In this document: one piece after another, positions 1 through 8,025 of the stretch
Layout: the number at the start of each line of letters is the position of its first letter
Numbering within the stretch: the stretch's first letter is position 1
Translations under genes and position numbers: made by a program
Notes under the pieces: model-generated
Database searches by the model: none
What the model was told of the DNA's origin: nothing
Seen by the model: only the letters and a program-made list of their open reading frames with translations
Assembly: GCA_963771385.1 (NCBI GenBank)
Contig: CAVYTE010000011.1
Span: forward strand, 8,573 to 72,572
Length of the DNA: 64,000 bases
Direction of reading: 5' to 3'
Source: an uncultured Actinomycetes bacterium
GTDB lineage: Bacteria > Actinomycetota > UBA4738 > HRBIN12

Positions 1-458
1 GGCATGGGTCGTGCTCGGCGGCTTCGTCAGGGGAACGGCGCTCATCGCGGTCGTCGACGCCTCGTTGATCGGCATCGGTCTCTGGGTGCTCGGCGTGCCG
101 CTCGCGTTCGCCCTCGCCGTGCTCGTCTTCCTGGGTGCGTTCGTGCCCTTCATCGGCGCGTTCATCTCCGGCCTCGTCGCCGTGCTGGTCGCCTTCGCGG
201 ACGGAGGCTGGGAGATCGGGACTCGCGGTCCTGGCTCTCGTCGTGGCGGTGCAATTGATCGAGGGAACCTTCCTCCAGCCCATCATCCAGAGCCGCACCG
301 TGGACCTGCACCCCGCCGTGATCCTGCTCGCGGTCGCCGCCGGTGCGTCGCTCTTCGGCATCATCGGCGCCTATCTCGCGGTTCCCGTGACGGCGGTCGT
401 CTTCACGGTCGTCTCGTCGATCGGGTCGGACCCGGCAGCGCCCGATGCGGTCCAGTAG
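1..458 (+). pseudogene. AI-2E family transporter (PerM-like), 3' part, one internal frameshift, runs off left edge
   Basis: Frame-2 peptide ...FLGAFVPFIGAFISGLVAVLVAFADGGWEIG continues in frame 3 as LAVLALVVAVQLIEGTFLQPIIQSRTVDLHPAVILLAVAAGASLFGIIGAYLAVPV, the typical C-terminal half of AI-2E permeases. The frames join near 221-224. Confidence 0.7.
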
Positions 459-885
459 CGCCGGCTGGCCCGGTACGTTCCTAGCGGTGCTGACACGAGA
501 AGGCTGCGGCTCCGATAGGGGGCGTGCACGGTGCGGGCCAGGCCGCGCTCGAGGACGATCGAGGCATGGAAGACACCGAGCGCGGCGTCGGGGTGGAGCG
601 ACTTGACAGGGTCGTCGTCGAGGTGAGATGACGATCGAGACCGTACTCTCCTCCGTCGTTGTATTTGTCGCGACCAGTGTGGACGAGCTGGTCGTCCTTA
701 CGACGATCTTCGCCTACGCCGAGAGGCGGGAGCTGTAGCACAGGTCTACGTCGGACAGCTGATCAGCCAGGCAGTGCTTCTTACGATCAGCGTACTCGCG
801 GCAGTCGGCATCGAGACCGTCTCTCAGAAGGGCATCGGGCTGCTTGGCATCTTTCCGATCGTCTTCGGGATACGGATCCTCCGTC

Positions 886-2422
886 TCAAACCTCGTGCTT
901 CATGTCTGCCATGTCTGCCATGTCGTCGCGGCCCGCGGGCATGTCCATGAACGGCATCAGTTCGGCGGGCATCACGACGAAGGGACGCATCATGTCGCGG
1001 TCTTCGTGCTCGAGGATGTGGCAGTGGTACATGTAGCGGCCGGCGAAGACATCGAAGCGCACGACGATGTCGACGACTTCCTTCGGGTTGACGCGGACGG
1101 TGTCCTTGCGACCGCGCTCGTTGTCGTCGACCGTGTGGGAGATCCCGTCGTCGAGGACGTCTCCGATGCGGACCGTTGCGTTCGTGCCGGTCGCGGTGAT
1201 CCCGCCGTCGGCGATCTCCACGACGGCCGGCTGTCGGTCGAGGACCTGGAAGGCATCCAGGTGCACGTGGATCGGATGCGTGTCGTCGGTGAGGTTGATG
1301 ATGCGCCAGATCTCGGGACGATGGAGCATCGGGAAGAACGTCACGCCGTCCTCGAAGCGGGTGGCGACGGTGCGCCAGCGTGTGACACGCTCCGCGTCGT
1401 CGCCTTGCCGTTCGACGAGCGTGATCGCCGGATCCTCTGCGGCGGGATCTTCGGCGAGCTCACGCATCGTGAGCATGGGCGGCTCGCCATCGACTTCGGA
1501 TTCCTGCTCGACGAGCGCGATCGCGCGGACGACGCCGCCGGTGAGGTCGTCGCGACGGATCCGCTCGAAGTCGGTGGCGAGCACCTGCGGCACCCGGTAG
1601 GTGGAGCGGCGTCCCTCGCGCACCCGGATGCGGAGGATCTCCGGGTAGGGCAGCAGACCCTCGAGATCGACGCTTCCGGCGGCCGTCGGGGTCGCCGAAG
1701 CTGCCGTCGAAGGGGGCGGGGGCGGTGTTCCACAGGGTGAGCTCGGTTCCCGCGCGCAGGTCGGAGAAGTCGACCAGGAGATCGGCGCGCTCGGCCGATG
1801 CCAGGACGAGGCCCTGTGCCGGGATCGCCGTGGGGGCGAGGAGGAGCCCTCCATCGGTGCCGATCTGGGTGATCCGCTCATGGTCGGGTTCACCGTCGCG
1901 GGTGAGCACGACTCGATAGGTGCGAGCATTCGACCCGTTCAGCAGGCGGAACCGGTACGTGGCCGGCTCCACCTCGAGCTGCGGCCAGATCGCGCCGTTC
2001 ACGACGGTGAAGGGGCCGAAGGACTCCGTCACCTCGGGATCGGTCTTGTGGAGCAGGTCGCCGGTGAGGCCGCCGCTCGGAGCGGTGTCGAAGTTGCGGT
2101 CGACGAGAAGAAGCGGCAGTTCGTAGGGGGGGCCTTCGGGGAGCCCGAGCTCCCGCTCGCGGTGGTCGCGCACGATCCAGGGCCCGGCGAGGCCGGCGTA
2201 CACGCTGAAGCGCGTCACGCCCATGACGTGGTCGTGGTACCAGAGCATCCCCGCGGGCTGCTCGTTCTCGTACCGGTCGAGGGTCTGCTGGCCGGGTGCC
2301 ACGAGATTCTCCGCCCACCCGTCGCTGTCGGCTTGTGTCATCCCACCGTGGAGGTGGACGACCGAGAACCCCGGCAGCGCGGCGGCCGCCGCATCAGGTG
2401 TGCCGCCGCTGCGACCCGGTAG
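886..2422 (-). pseudogene. multicopper oxidase (CotA/bilirubin-oxidase-like), 5'-truncated and frameshifted
   Basis: ORFs 1460..2704(-) and 886..1929(-) together give the copper-site motifs HLHGG, WYHDHVMG, HPIHVHL and HCHILEHEDRDMM, collinear with CotA-type laccases. The frames join near 1695 (SFGDP / AAGSVDLEGLLPYPEILRIRV). Similarity begins only around CotA codon ~100 (about nt 2400). Further upstream the ORF is just antisense of the neighbouring SDR. Confidence 0.8.
901..923. repeat. 9-nt tandem repeat catgtctgc x2.5 inside the oxidase 3' end
   Basis: catgtctgc catgtctgc catgt encodes DMADMADM on the minus strand, within the Met-rich tail MPAELMPFMDMPAGRDDMADMADMKHEV. Confidence 0.6.
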
Positions 2423-2428
2423 GCACTG

Positions 2429-3034
2429 GTGCGCGCCTATGTGGCGGAGGCCAAGAGCCGCTTCGGGCGGATCGATGCGTTCTTCAACAATGCGGGCATC
2501 CTGGGCGTCGTGGCGCCGAAGGTCGATTATCCGATCGACACGTTCGACAAGGTCATCGCCGTCAATCTGCGCGGGGTGTTCCTCGGCCTGCGGTTCGTGC
2601 TGCCGGTCATGATCGGGCAACCCGCCGGATCGATCATCAACACCAGCTCGATGGGTGGGGCCGGAGGGGTTCCGGGCAGCAATGCCTACAACGCATCCAA
2701 GCATGGCGTGATCGGTCTCACCAAGACGGCCGCGATCGAGGTGGGGCCGACCGGCGTGCGCCTGAACGCCGTGCTGCCGGGCAACATCCGGACCAAGATG
2801 ACCAAGATGGTGGCCGGTTCCGACGCTCCCGTCGACGAAGCCGAGGCCGAGCAGCTCGCTGCCCGGCTAGCTCCGCAGGGAAGGATGGGCACGCCGGAGG
2901 AGATCGCCGACGCCGTGTGCTTCCTCGCCTCGGATGCTTCCGCGCACATCACCGGCGTCGAGCTGCCGGTCGATGGCGGCGTTCTCGCATCGACCTATGG
3001 GACGGCCTACGCGTCGGCGGCTGTCTCGTCCTGA
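2429..3034 (+). pseudogene. short-chain dehydrogenase/reductase lacking its N-terminal Rossmann segment
   Basis: The ORF opens right after a TAG at 2420-2422 with ..YVAEAKSRFGRIDAFFNNAGI, which matches SDR residues ~60-90. Catalytic TSSMGG and YNASK (YxxxK) are present, but no TGxxxGxG segment exists upstream. Confidence 0.75.
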
Positions 3035-3408
3035 GCAGTGGTTGTGTTGGCCGACGCGGTGTAGCCGAGCAGCGTTGATGTCGTCCGCCGGGTCCTGGCC
3101 GTCGTGGCACTGACGCTCGCGATCCGGATCGTCATGTAGCCGATGACGCGCAACTTCGGTCCCGGCGGGGTACTCGGCGAGGATGTCGCTGCCTGATTGC
3201 ACCCGGGCGCGCCGCCGAGCGGCATCGGACTGATCGTCTTGTGAGGGCGCCGGCATCGATCATGCCGTGGCGATCGGCGACGGAGGCCTCGGAGAAGATG
3301 CAACGCCGTTGCTGCGTGGCGAGACAGCGTCACTCCTGCGGCGACGAAGCCAAAGGACCGCACCATGACTGGCCCGACTTCGCGATCGGCTTAGCTCCTC
3401 CTCGGGCG

Positions 3409-3533
3409 CCCCCGCTCGCTTAGCGGTGTGGCGCCGAAATACTTCGGGTTGGATGCGGGGACGCCCACGATGCGGATCCGGTCTCGCCCCGGAAGAATCG
3501 ATAGAGATGCGACAACAACGAAGGAGGTGAAGT
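3409..3533 (+). promoter_or_regulatory. conserved upstream element, copy C (core 3442-3481)
   Basis: Aligns with 4111-4257 over most of its length. The core CTTCGGGTTGGATGCGGGGACGCCCACGATGCGGATCCGG shares CCCACGATGCGGA with copies at 10692-10734 and 13806-13848. It ends in AACGAAGGAGG, the RBS of the SPW gene. Confidence 0.4.
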
Positions 3534-3536
3534 TTG

Positions 3537-3893
3537 ATGAACCCGAGGGCCAGAATGCAGGACTACGGCACGCTGATCGCAGGTGCCTACGCGGCGTTGT
3601 CGCCGATCTGGACCAGCACGACTGGCGAAAGCGGCGCTCTGTGGACCCTGATCGTGTTCGGCGCCCTGCTCGCCGGGACGGCACTCGTCTCGCTCGCCAG
3701 GCCGGACGTCCGCGCGACGGAGTCGCTCACGGTTGTGCTCGGGGCGCTGCTCTTCATCGCGCCGTGGGTGTTCGGCTACGCGGACCTTGAAGGCGCGTCG
3801 TGGACGTCGTGGATCGTCGGTGTCATCGCGGCGGCGCTCGGCGGGAGTGTGCTGGTAGCCAGCAACCGCGCCCAGCAGGCGACCCAGCACTAA
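3537..3893 (+). CDS. SPW repeat membrane protein
   Basis: AAGGAGG lies 9 nt upstream of ATG 3537 (the ORF track starts at TTG 3534). Four hydrophobic helices carry the repeated SP(I)W / APW motif (LSPIWTS, IAPWVFG). Confidence 0.8.
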   Translation: MNPRARMQDYGTLIAGAYAALSPIWTSTTGESGALWTLIVFGALLAGTALVSLARPDVRATESLTVVLGALLFIAPWVFGYADLEGASWTSWIVGVIAAALGGSVLVASNRAQQATQH

Positions 3894-3921
3894 CCGCGAC
3901 CAAAGCACGAACCCGCTGCCA

Positions 3922-3955
3922 GAACGGGACCGGCCGACGTCGGCCGGTCCCGTTC
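3922..3955 (+). terminator. perfect 34-nt palindrome (17-bp stem) downstream of the SPW gene
   Basis: GAACGGGACCGGCCGAC/GTCGGCCGGTCCCGTTC starts 29 nt after the stop. There is no U-tract, so it is a factor-independent terminator only tentatively. Confidence 0.55.
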
Positions 3956-4110
3956 GGCTCCACCTGTCGAACGACATCGGAGCTCGGCCCGCCGAGGCGC
4001 TCGTAAGCGGCGACGCCGCCCGAGATAGCGGCCGAAGAACCACGGAACCGCGAGATCGCACACGTGATCTTCATCACGACGAGGTGGTCGAGGTCCACTT
4101 CTCCTCACTC

Positions 4111-4257
4111 CGCCCGCTCGCGCTCGCGTAGCGGGAGTTGGCCAAAACACTGCGGGTCGGGTTCGGGTACGTCCACGATGCCGAGCCGGCCAACGCCGAG
4201 CACCATTGAACTCACTCCAACGAAGGAGGAGTCACGAAGGAAGCCCGAGGAAACACG
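4111..4257 (+). promoter_or_regulatory. conserved upstream element, copy D (core 4150-4189)
   Basis: CCCGCTCGC..TAGCGGG..CCAAAACACTGCGGGTCGGGTTCGGGTACGTCCACGATGCCGAGCCGG...AACGAAGGAGG is paralogous to 3409-3533. Confidence 0.4.
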
Positions 4258-4293
4258 ATGGCGGGACCCACATCCCGCAGGGGGGGACACGAT

Positions 4294-5118
4294 ATGCCTT
4301 ACGTCACCACCGAGGACGGTACCGAGATCTATTTCAAGGACTGGGGCAGCGGTCAGCCGATCGTGTTCCACCACGGATGGCCGCTCAGTTCCGACGACTG
4401 GGACGCGCAGATGATGTACTTCGTCCTGCGCGGGTACCGCGTCGTCGCTCATGACCGTCGAGGTCACGGCCGCTCGACCCAGAGCTCGGATGGCCACGAC
4501 ATGGACACCTACGCGGCCGACGCTGCCGCCGTCGTGGATCATCTCGACCTTCGCGACGCGGTCCATGTCGGCCACTCGACCGGAGGCGGCGAGGTCGCTC
4601 GGTACGTGGCCAAGCATGGAGGGGGTCGTGTGGCAAAGGCGGTGCTCATCGGCGCGGTGCCACCGCTCATGCTGAAGACCGAGGCCAATCCCGGCGGCCT
4701 TCCGATCGAGGTGTTCGACGGCTTCCGTGAAGGCACGGCCTTCAACCGGGCACAGTTCTATCGCGACGTCGCGGCCGGCCCGTTCTATGGGTTCAACCGT
4801 CCAGGAGCGACCGTGTCGGAGGGCGTCATCCTGAACTGGTGGCGGCAGGGCATGATGGGCGGCGTCAAAGCCCACTACGAGGGCATCAAGGCGTTCTCGG
4901 AGACCGATTTCACCGACGATCTCACGGCCATCGACGTCCCCACGTTCGTGATGCACGGCGACGATGACCAGGTCGTGCCGATCGGAGCCTCGGCCGAGCT
5001 GTCGATCAAGCTGGTGAAGAACGGCACCCTGAAGGTCTATCCGGGCTATCCGCACGGCATGTGCACGACCCACGCCGAAGTTATCAATCCCGACCTGCTG
5101 GACTTCATCCAGTCGTGA
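4294..5118 (+). CDS. alpha/beta hydrolase, non-heme haloperoxidase/arylesterase family
   Basis: [32 protein letters not shown], the nucleophile elbow GHSTGGGE, and a C-terminal HGMCTTH. An alternative upstream ATG lies at 4258. Confidence 0.9.
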   Translation: MPYVTTEDGTEIYFKDWGSGQPIVFHHGWPLSSDDWDAQMMYFVLRGYRVVAHDRRGHGRSTQSSDGHDMDTYAADAAAVVDHLDLRDAVHVGHSTGGGEVARYVAKHGGGRVAKAVLIGAVPPLMLKTEANPGGLPIEVFDGFREGTAFNRAQFYRDVAAGPFYGFNRPGATVSEGVILNWWRQGMMGGVKAHYEGIKAFSETDFTDDLTAIDVPTFVMHGDDDQVVPIGASAELSIKLVKNGTLKVYPGYPHGMCTTHAEVINPDLLDFIQS

Positions 5119-5259
5119 GGCCAAGTGCCGGTTGGACTGTCCGGCAGCCGGCCGGCGCCTATGAGACAGGTCATGGAGCCTGAGTCCCTCGGGCGGTGAC
5201 GTTGCCGCACGACGCGATGATCGGCTCGAGCCGTCGGCTGAACACGGCTCCGCCTCCGG

Positions 5260-5427
5260 CTAGTGGCTGGTGATGTCCTCGGGATGTAGCCAGAGAAGGC
5301 GGCCCAGGGCGGTTTCCTTGGTATCGGGCTCGCACTCCTGGACGGTTAGGACATCAGCGCCGAACCCCTGAATCGTCTCCCAGTTCCGGGCTATGCCGGG
5401 CTGGCTATTCCAGGTGACCAATCTCAT
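5260..5427 (-). pseudogene. possible N-terminal remnant of an endonuclease/exonuclease/phosphatase (EEP) family gene
   Basis: A 55-codon ORF, MRLVTWNSQPGIARNWETIQGFGADVLTVQECEPD..., resembles the MRLxTWN...DVLxLQE start of ExoIII/EEP proteins and then stops. It is too short to appear in the ORF track. Confidence 0.3.
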
Positions 5428-5572
5428 CGCGGTGTTCTAACACGAAGCTTCTGCTTCTCAACCCTGCTGGCAAGATCGTGGAGGAGATCCGGCCGATCCG
5501 CGACGAAGCGTTGAAGCTCCTACACCAGTTCCTGGCCGGTCCGTAGTCTTTCGGCACTCCGACACCTCCTCG

Positions 5573-6313
5573 TCAAGTGTTCGAAGAACACGGATCGGCC
5601 TCCGGGGCCCAGACCTCCTCCTCAATCTGTTCGAGCGCCTGACGCGCGGCCTTCTGCTGGGCAGCCTTCTTCGAGGTGCCCCTGCCCGTGCCGTGAACGC
5701 GCCCGTCGATTACGACCTGCGCCAAGAAGTCCTTGCGGTCGTCTGCGCCGCCGGATTCGTCGATCGTGTACACAGGACGGAGCTTCGGAGACACGCGCGC
5801 GAGGAATTCCTGCAGTCGGCCTTTGTAGTCGTCGATGACCCGGCCCCTGGCGTACTCACGAAGCCGCTCGCCGAACCAACGGCGAACCATCGCGGATACG
5901 GTCTCGGCCCCTTGGTCGAGATGGATGGCTCCCAGCACAGCCTCAAAGGAACCGGCCAGGATGCTCGTCTTCTCTGGGCCACCGTGACCCTTCTCACCCT
6001 TGCCCAATAGCAGGTACTCGCCCAGATGAAGTTCATTCCGAGCGACCGTGGCGAGGTTCTCGTTGTTGACGACGGCCGCCCGAATCTTGGACAGCTTGCC
6101 TTCCGCGAGGGTCGGAAACTCGTGGTAAGTCAACTCGGCAATCGCCTGCCCCAGGATCGCATCGCCCAGGAACTCAAGTCGCTCGTAGGAATCCTTAGCG
6201 AGCCTCTCCTGGACGGCGGAGTCGTGCGTAGTCGCATCCCGTAACAACTGCTGGTCGTGAAAGCTAACCCCGAGCCCTTCTTCGAGTCCTTCGAGTGTTC
6301 TCATCTCCTCCAT
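5573..6313 (-). CDS. rnc: ribonuclease III
   Basis: RNase III signature ERLEFLGDAILG, a second acidic motif SFEAVLGAIHLD, and a C-terminal dsRBD (KGRLQEFLA...GTGRGTSKKAAQQKAARQAL). Strong RBS GGAGAAGGAGGAG before ATG 6313. Many A/T-ending codons. Confidence 0.9.
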   Translation of the reverse strand: MEEMRTLEGLEEGLGVSFHDQQLLRDATTHDSAVQERLAKDSYERLEFLGDAILGQAIAELTYHEFPTLAEGKLSKIRAAVVNNENLATVARNELHLGEYLLLGKGEKGHGGPEKTSILAGSFEAVLGAIHLDQGAETVSAMVRRWFGERLREYARGRVIDDYKGRLQEFLARVSPKLRPVYTIDESGGADDRKDFLAQVVIDGRVHGTGRGTSKKAAQQKAARQALEQIEEEVWAPEADPCSSNT

Positions 6314-6419
6314 GGAAGTTCTCCTCCTTCTCCCCCCGAGGTAGGCTCGCACAGCTCGCGTGCATTGCGCTGGACTCATCCACCGGTGAAAGGGGTCAGA
6401 AGACTGACCTCCTTTACCT

Positions 6420-6458
6420 AAGCGAGCTCGAGCATCGTCAACCCCAATCAACCCGTTG
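6420..6458 (-). promoter_or_regulatory. possible degenerate fifth copy of the upstream element, before rnc
   Basis: The minus strand reads CAACGGGTTGATTGGGGTTGACGATGCTCGAGCTCGCTT, followed by TAAAGGAGGTCAG. It shares CGGGTTG, a G-run and ACGATGC with copies C and D, but the spacing is 3-4 nt shorter. Confidence 0.25.
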
Positions 6459-6621
6459 GAATCGCGGAAGCCGAAGGCCAGACGGGTGAGGAGCCGGCCG
6501 CTACTTGCGAGAAGGACCGCCCACTCGCCGCGATATGCTTCGCTGTCGTGCGCGACCGCCACAAACATCCGCCGGCCGGCAGTCTGGTACATACGCCGCT
6601 CGATCGCGCGTCTCCTGCCGG

Positions 6622-8013
6622 CTACTCGTCGAGATGGCTTCTCCCTCCCTGTCGCGGCGGCCTGAACCGCACGAAGGTCCTCCTCATCAAACGCTGGATC
6701 GGCCCGAGGACGCGCTCGGAGATCTCCGTCGACGCCGCCTCCACGACCGGGTTGAGGACACGCTCTCGGGTTCGTTGGTACGTCTCGACCACGATCGCAC
6801 CCGCGGCGACTCCGACCCCGATCGCGAAGGCCGTCTCGACTGCTCGGGCCTGCAGTGACTCGCGTACGCCTTCGCTTTCCGCCAGTAGCGGAAGCAGCGT
6901 GGCCGGAGAAGGCAGCAGCGGAAGGATCGCGGGAACCGCCCACAGTGCCGATGGAACCCATGAACGATTCGAGAGCAACCCCGCGATGACACCGATCGCT
7001 AGTGCCGCGAGGAACGTTCGCGACCCGAGCCCCATCTCGGCCGTCAACGGCGTGAGGCCGCGACCGAATATGGCCGCGATCGCGCCGAGACCCCCCACCG
7101 CCAGCAGCGAGCGACGGGGCACCCCGAAACTGCAGGCGTTGAAGCCGACGGCGACCACCGCTGCCGCGACGATCACGAAGGATGGCCACTCGAGCGGACC
7201 ACTCGCCCTAATCCGAAGGTGGACGTCCAGTCCGTCACCGAGGCTGAGGATCAGGGACACGGCCCCAGCTATGGCGGTGCCGACCAGGGCGACCTCCGCG
7301 AGCCGCGCCACTCCCGACGTGACCGACCCATCGATGAGGTCGTGCATGCCGACCACGAGCGCGTATCCGGGAAGGAACCGCAGCAAGCTGCCGGTCAGGA
7401 CGAGGCTCCCGTGGATCGGCAGAACGACCATCGCGAGCAACACCACAACCAGCGTGGTCGCGCCGACGCCGACGACGACCTGGAAGAACGACGACAGTCC
7501 GCTTCGCCCGAGCCGATCGAGCGCCGGCTGGATCGCGAGCCCGATCGCCAGCGCGACCATCGCGTCGAGGACGCTACCCCCGAACATGATGGTCACCGCG
7601 AACGTCATTGCCGCCGGAGCGCCGAAACGCAGCCACTCGGGGTAGGAGTGCCCGCTGGCGGCGATCCGATCGAGCTCTGCCTCAGCTGAGTCCAGATCCG
7701 CTCGGCCATCGCCGATGTCTCGGACGAGGATCGCTGCGGCGGCAAGCCTGTTGAAGTCCGAGCTCCACCGGCGCACCGCACGGATCGCTGTCGTGGCCTC
7801 GGCATCACCTGGCGAGACGTAGGAGACCATGACCGTCGAGTACGAGATCACGGCGTCCGCTTCGGGGAGTCCCAGTGCACGCAACGCGACGCGCAACCTA
7901 CCCTCGACCTCTTGGGCCTGCCCGCCGCTGGCGAGCATGACGACGCCGAGGCGAAGCGCAACCCGGACCGCACGCCGGCCCGCTGCCGCGGCTGGGACCG
8001 AGGACGTCGTCAC
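6622..8013 (-). CDS. threonine/serine exporter family protein (ThrE-like, fused DUF1212+DUF3815 architecture)
   Basis: 463 aa. The soluble N-terminal part (GLPEADAVISYSTVMVSY) is followed by about 10 hydrophobic helices. Lies 12 nt downstream of the mannosidase gene. Confidence 0.8.
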   Translation of the reverse strand: MTTSSVPAAAAGRRAVRVALRLGVVMLASGGQAQEVEGRLRVALRALGLPEADAVISYSTVMVSYVSPGDAEATTAIRAVRRWSSDFNRLAAAAILVRDIGDGRADLDSAEAELDRIAASGHSYPEWLRFGAPAAMTFAVTIMFGGSVLDAMVALAIGLAIQPALDRLGRSGLSSFFQVVVGVGATTLVVVLLAMVVLPIHGSLVLTGSLLRFLPGYALVVGMHDLIDGSVTSGVARLAEVALVGTAIAGAVSLILSLGDGLDVHLRIRASGPLEWPSFVIVAAAVVAVGFNACSFGVPRRSLLAVGGLGAIAAIFGRGLTPLTAEMGLGSRTFLAALAIGVIAGLLSNRSWVPSALWAVPAILPLLPSPATLLPLLAESEGVRESLQARAVETAFAIGVGVAAGAIVVETYQRTRERVLNPVVEAASTEISERVLGPIQRLMRRTFVRFRPPRQGGRSHLDE

Positions 8014-8025
8014 GTGAAGTCCCGC

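Noticed and set aside
2867-3366. Minus-strand ORFs 3007..3366 and 2867..3256 in the gap after the SDR gene.
   Set aside because: They have no recognisable motifs, overlap each other in different frames and have Arg/Thr/Ala-rich composition. I leave 3035-3408 unannotated.
4166-4171. GGGTAC inside upstream-element copy D as a SigB/SigF-type -10 box.
   Set aside because: The other copies have GGGGAC or GGGGAG at that position, and no GTTT-type -35 lies at the right spacing. The motif is therefore not a conserved feature of the family.
5462-5546. A short plus-strand reading LLAKIVEEIRPIRDEALKLLHQFLAGP-stop, as a gene 3' end such as an antitoxin-like fragment.
   Set aside because: It is only ~27 plausible codons with no start and no family I can name. 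That is insufficient to call.
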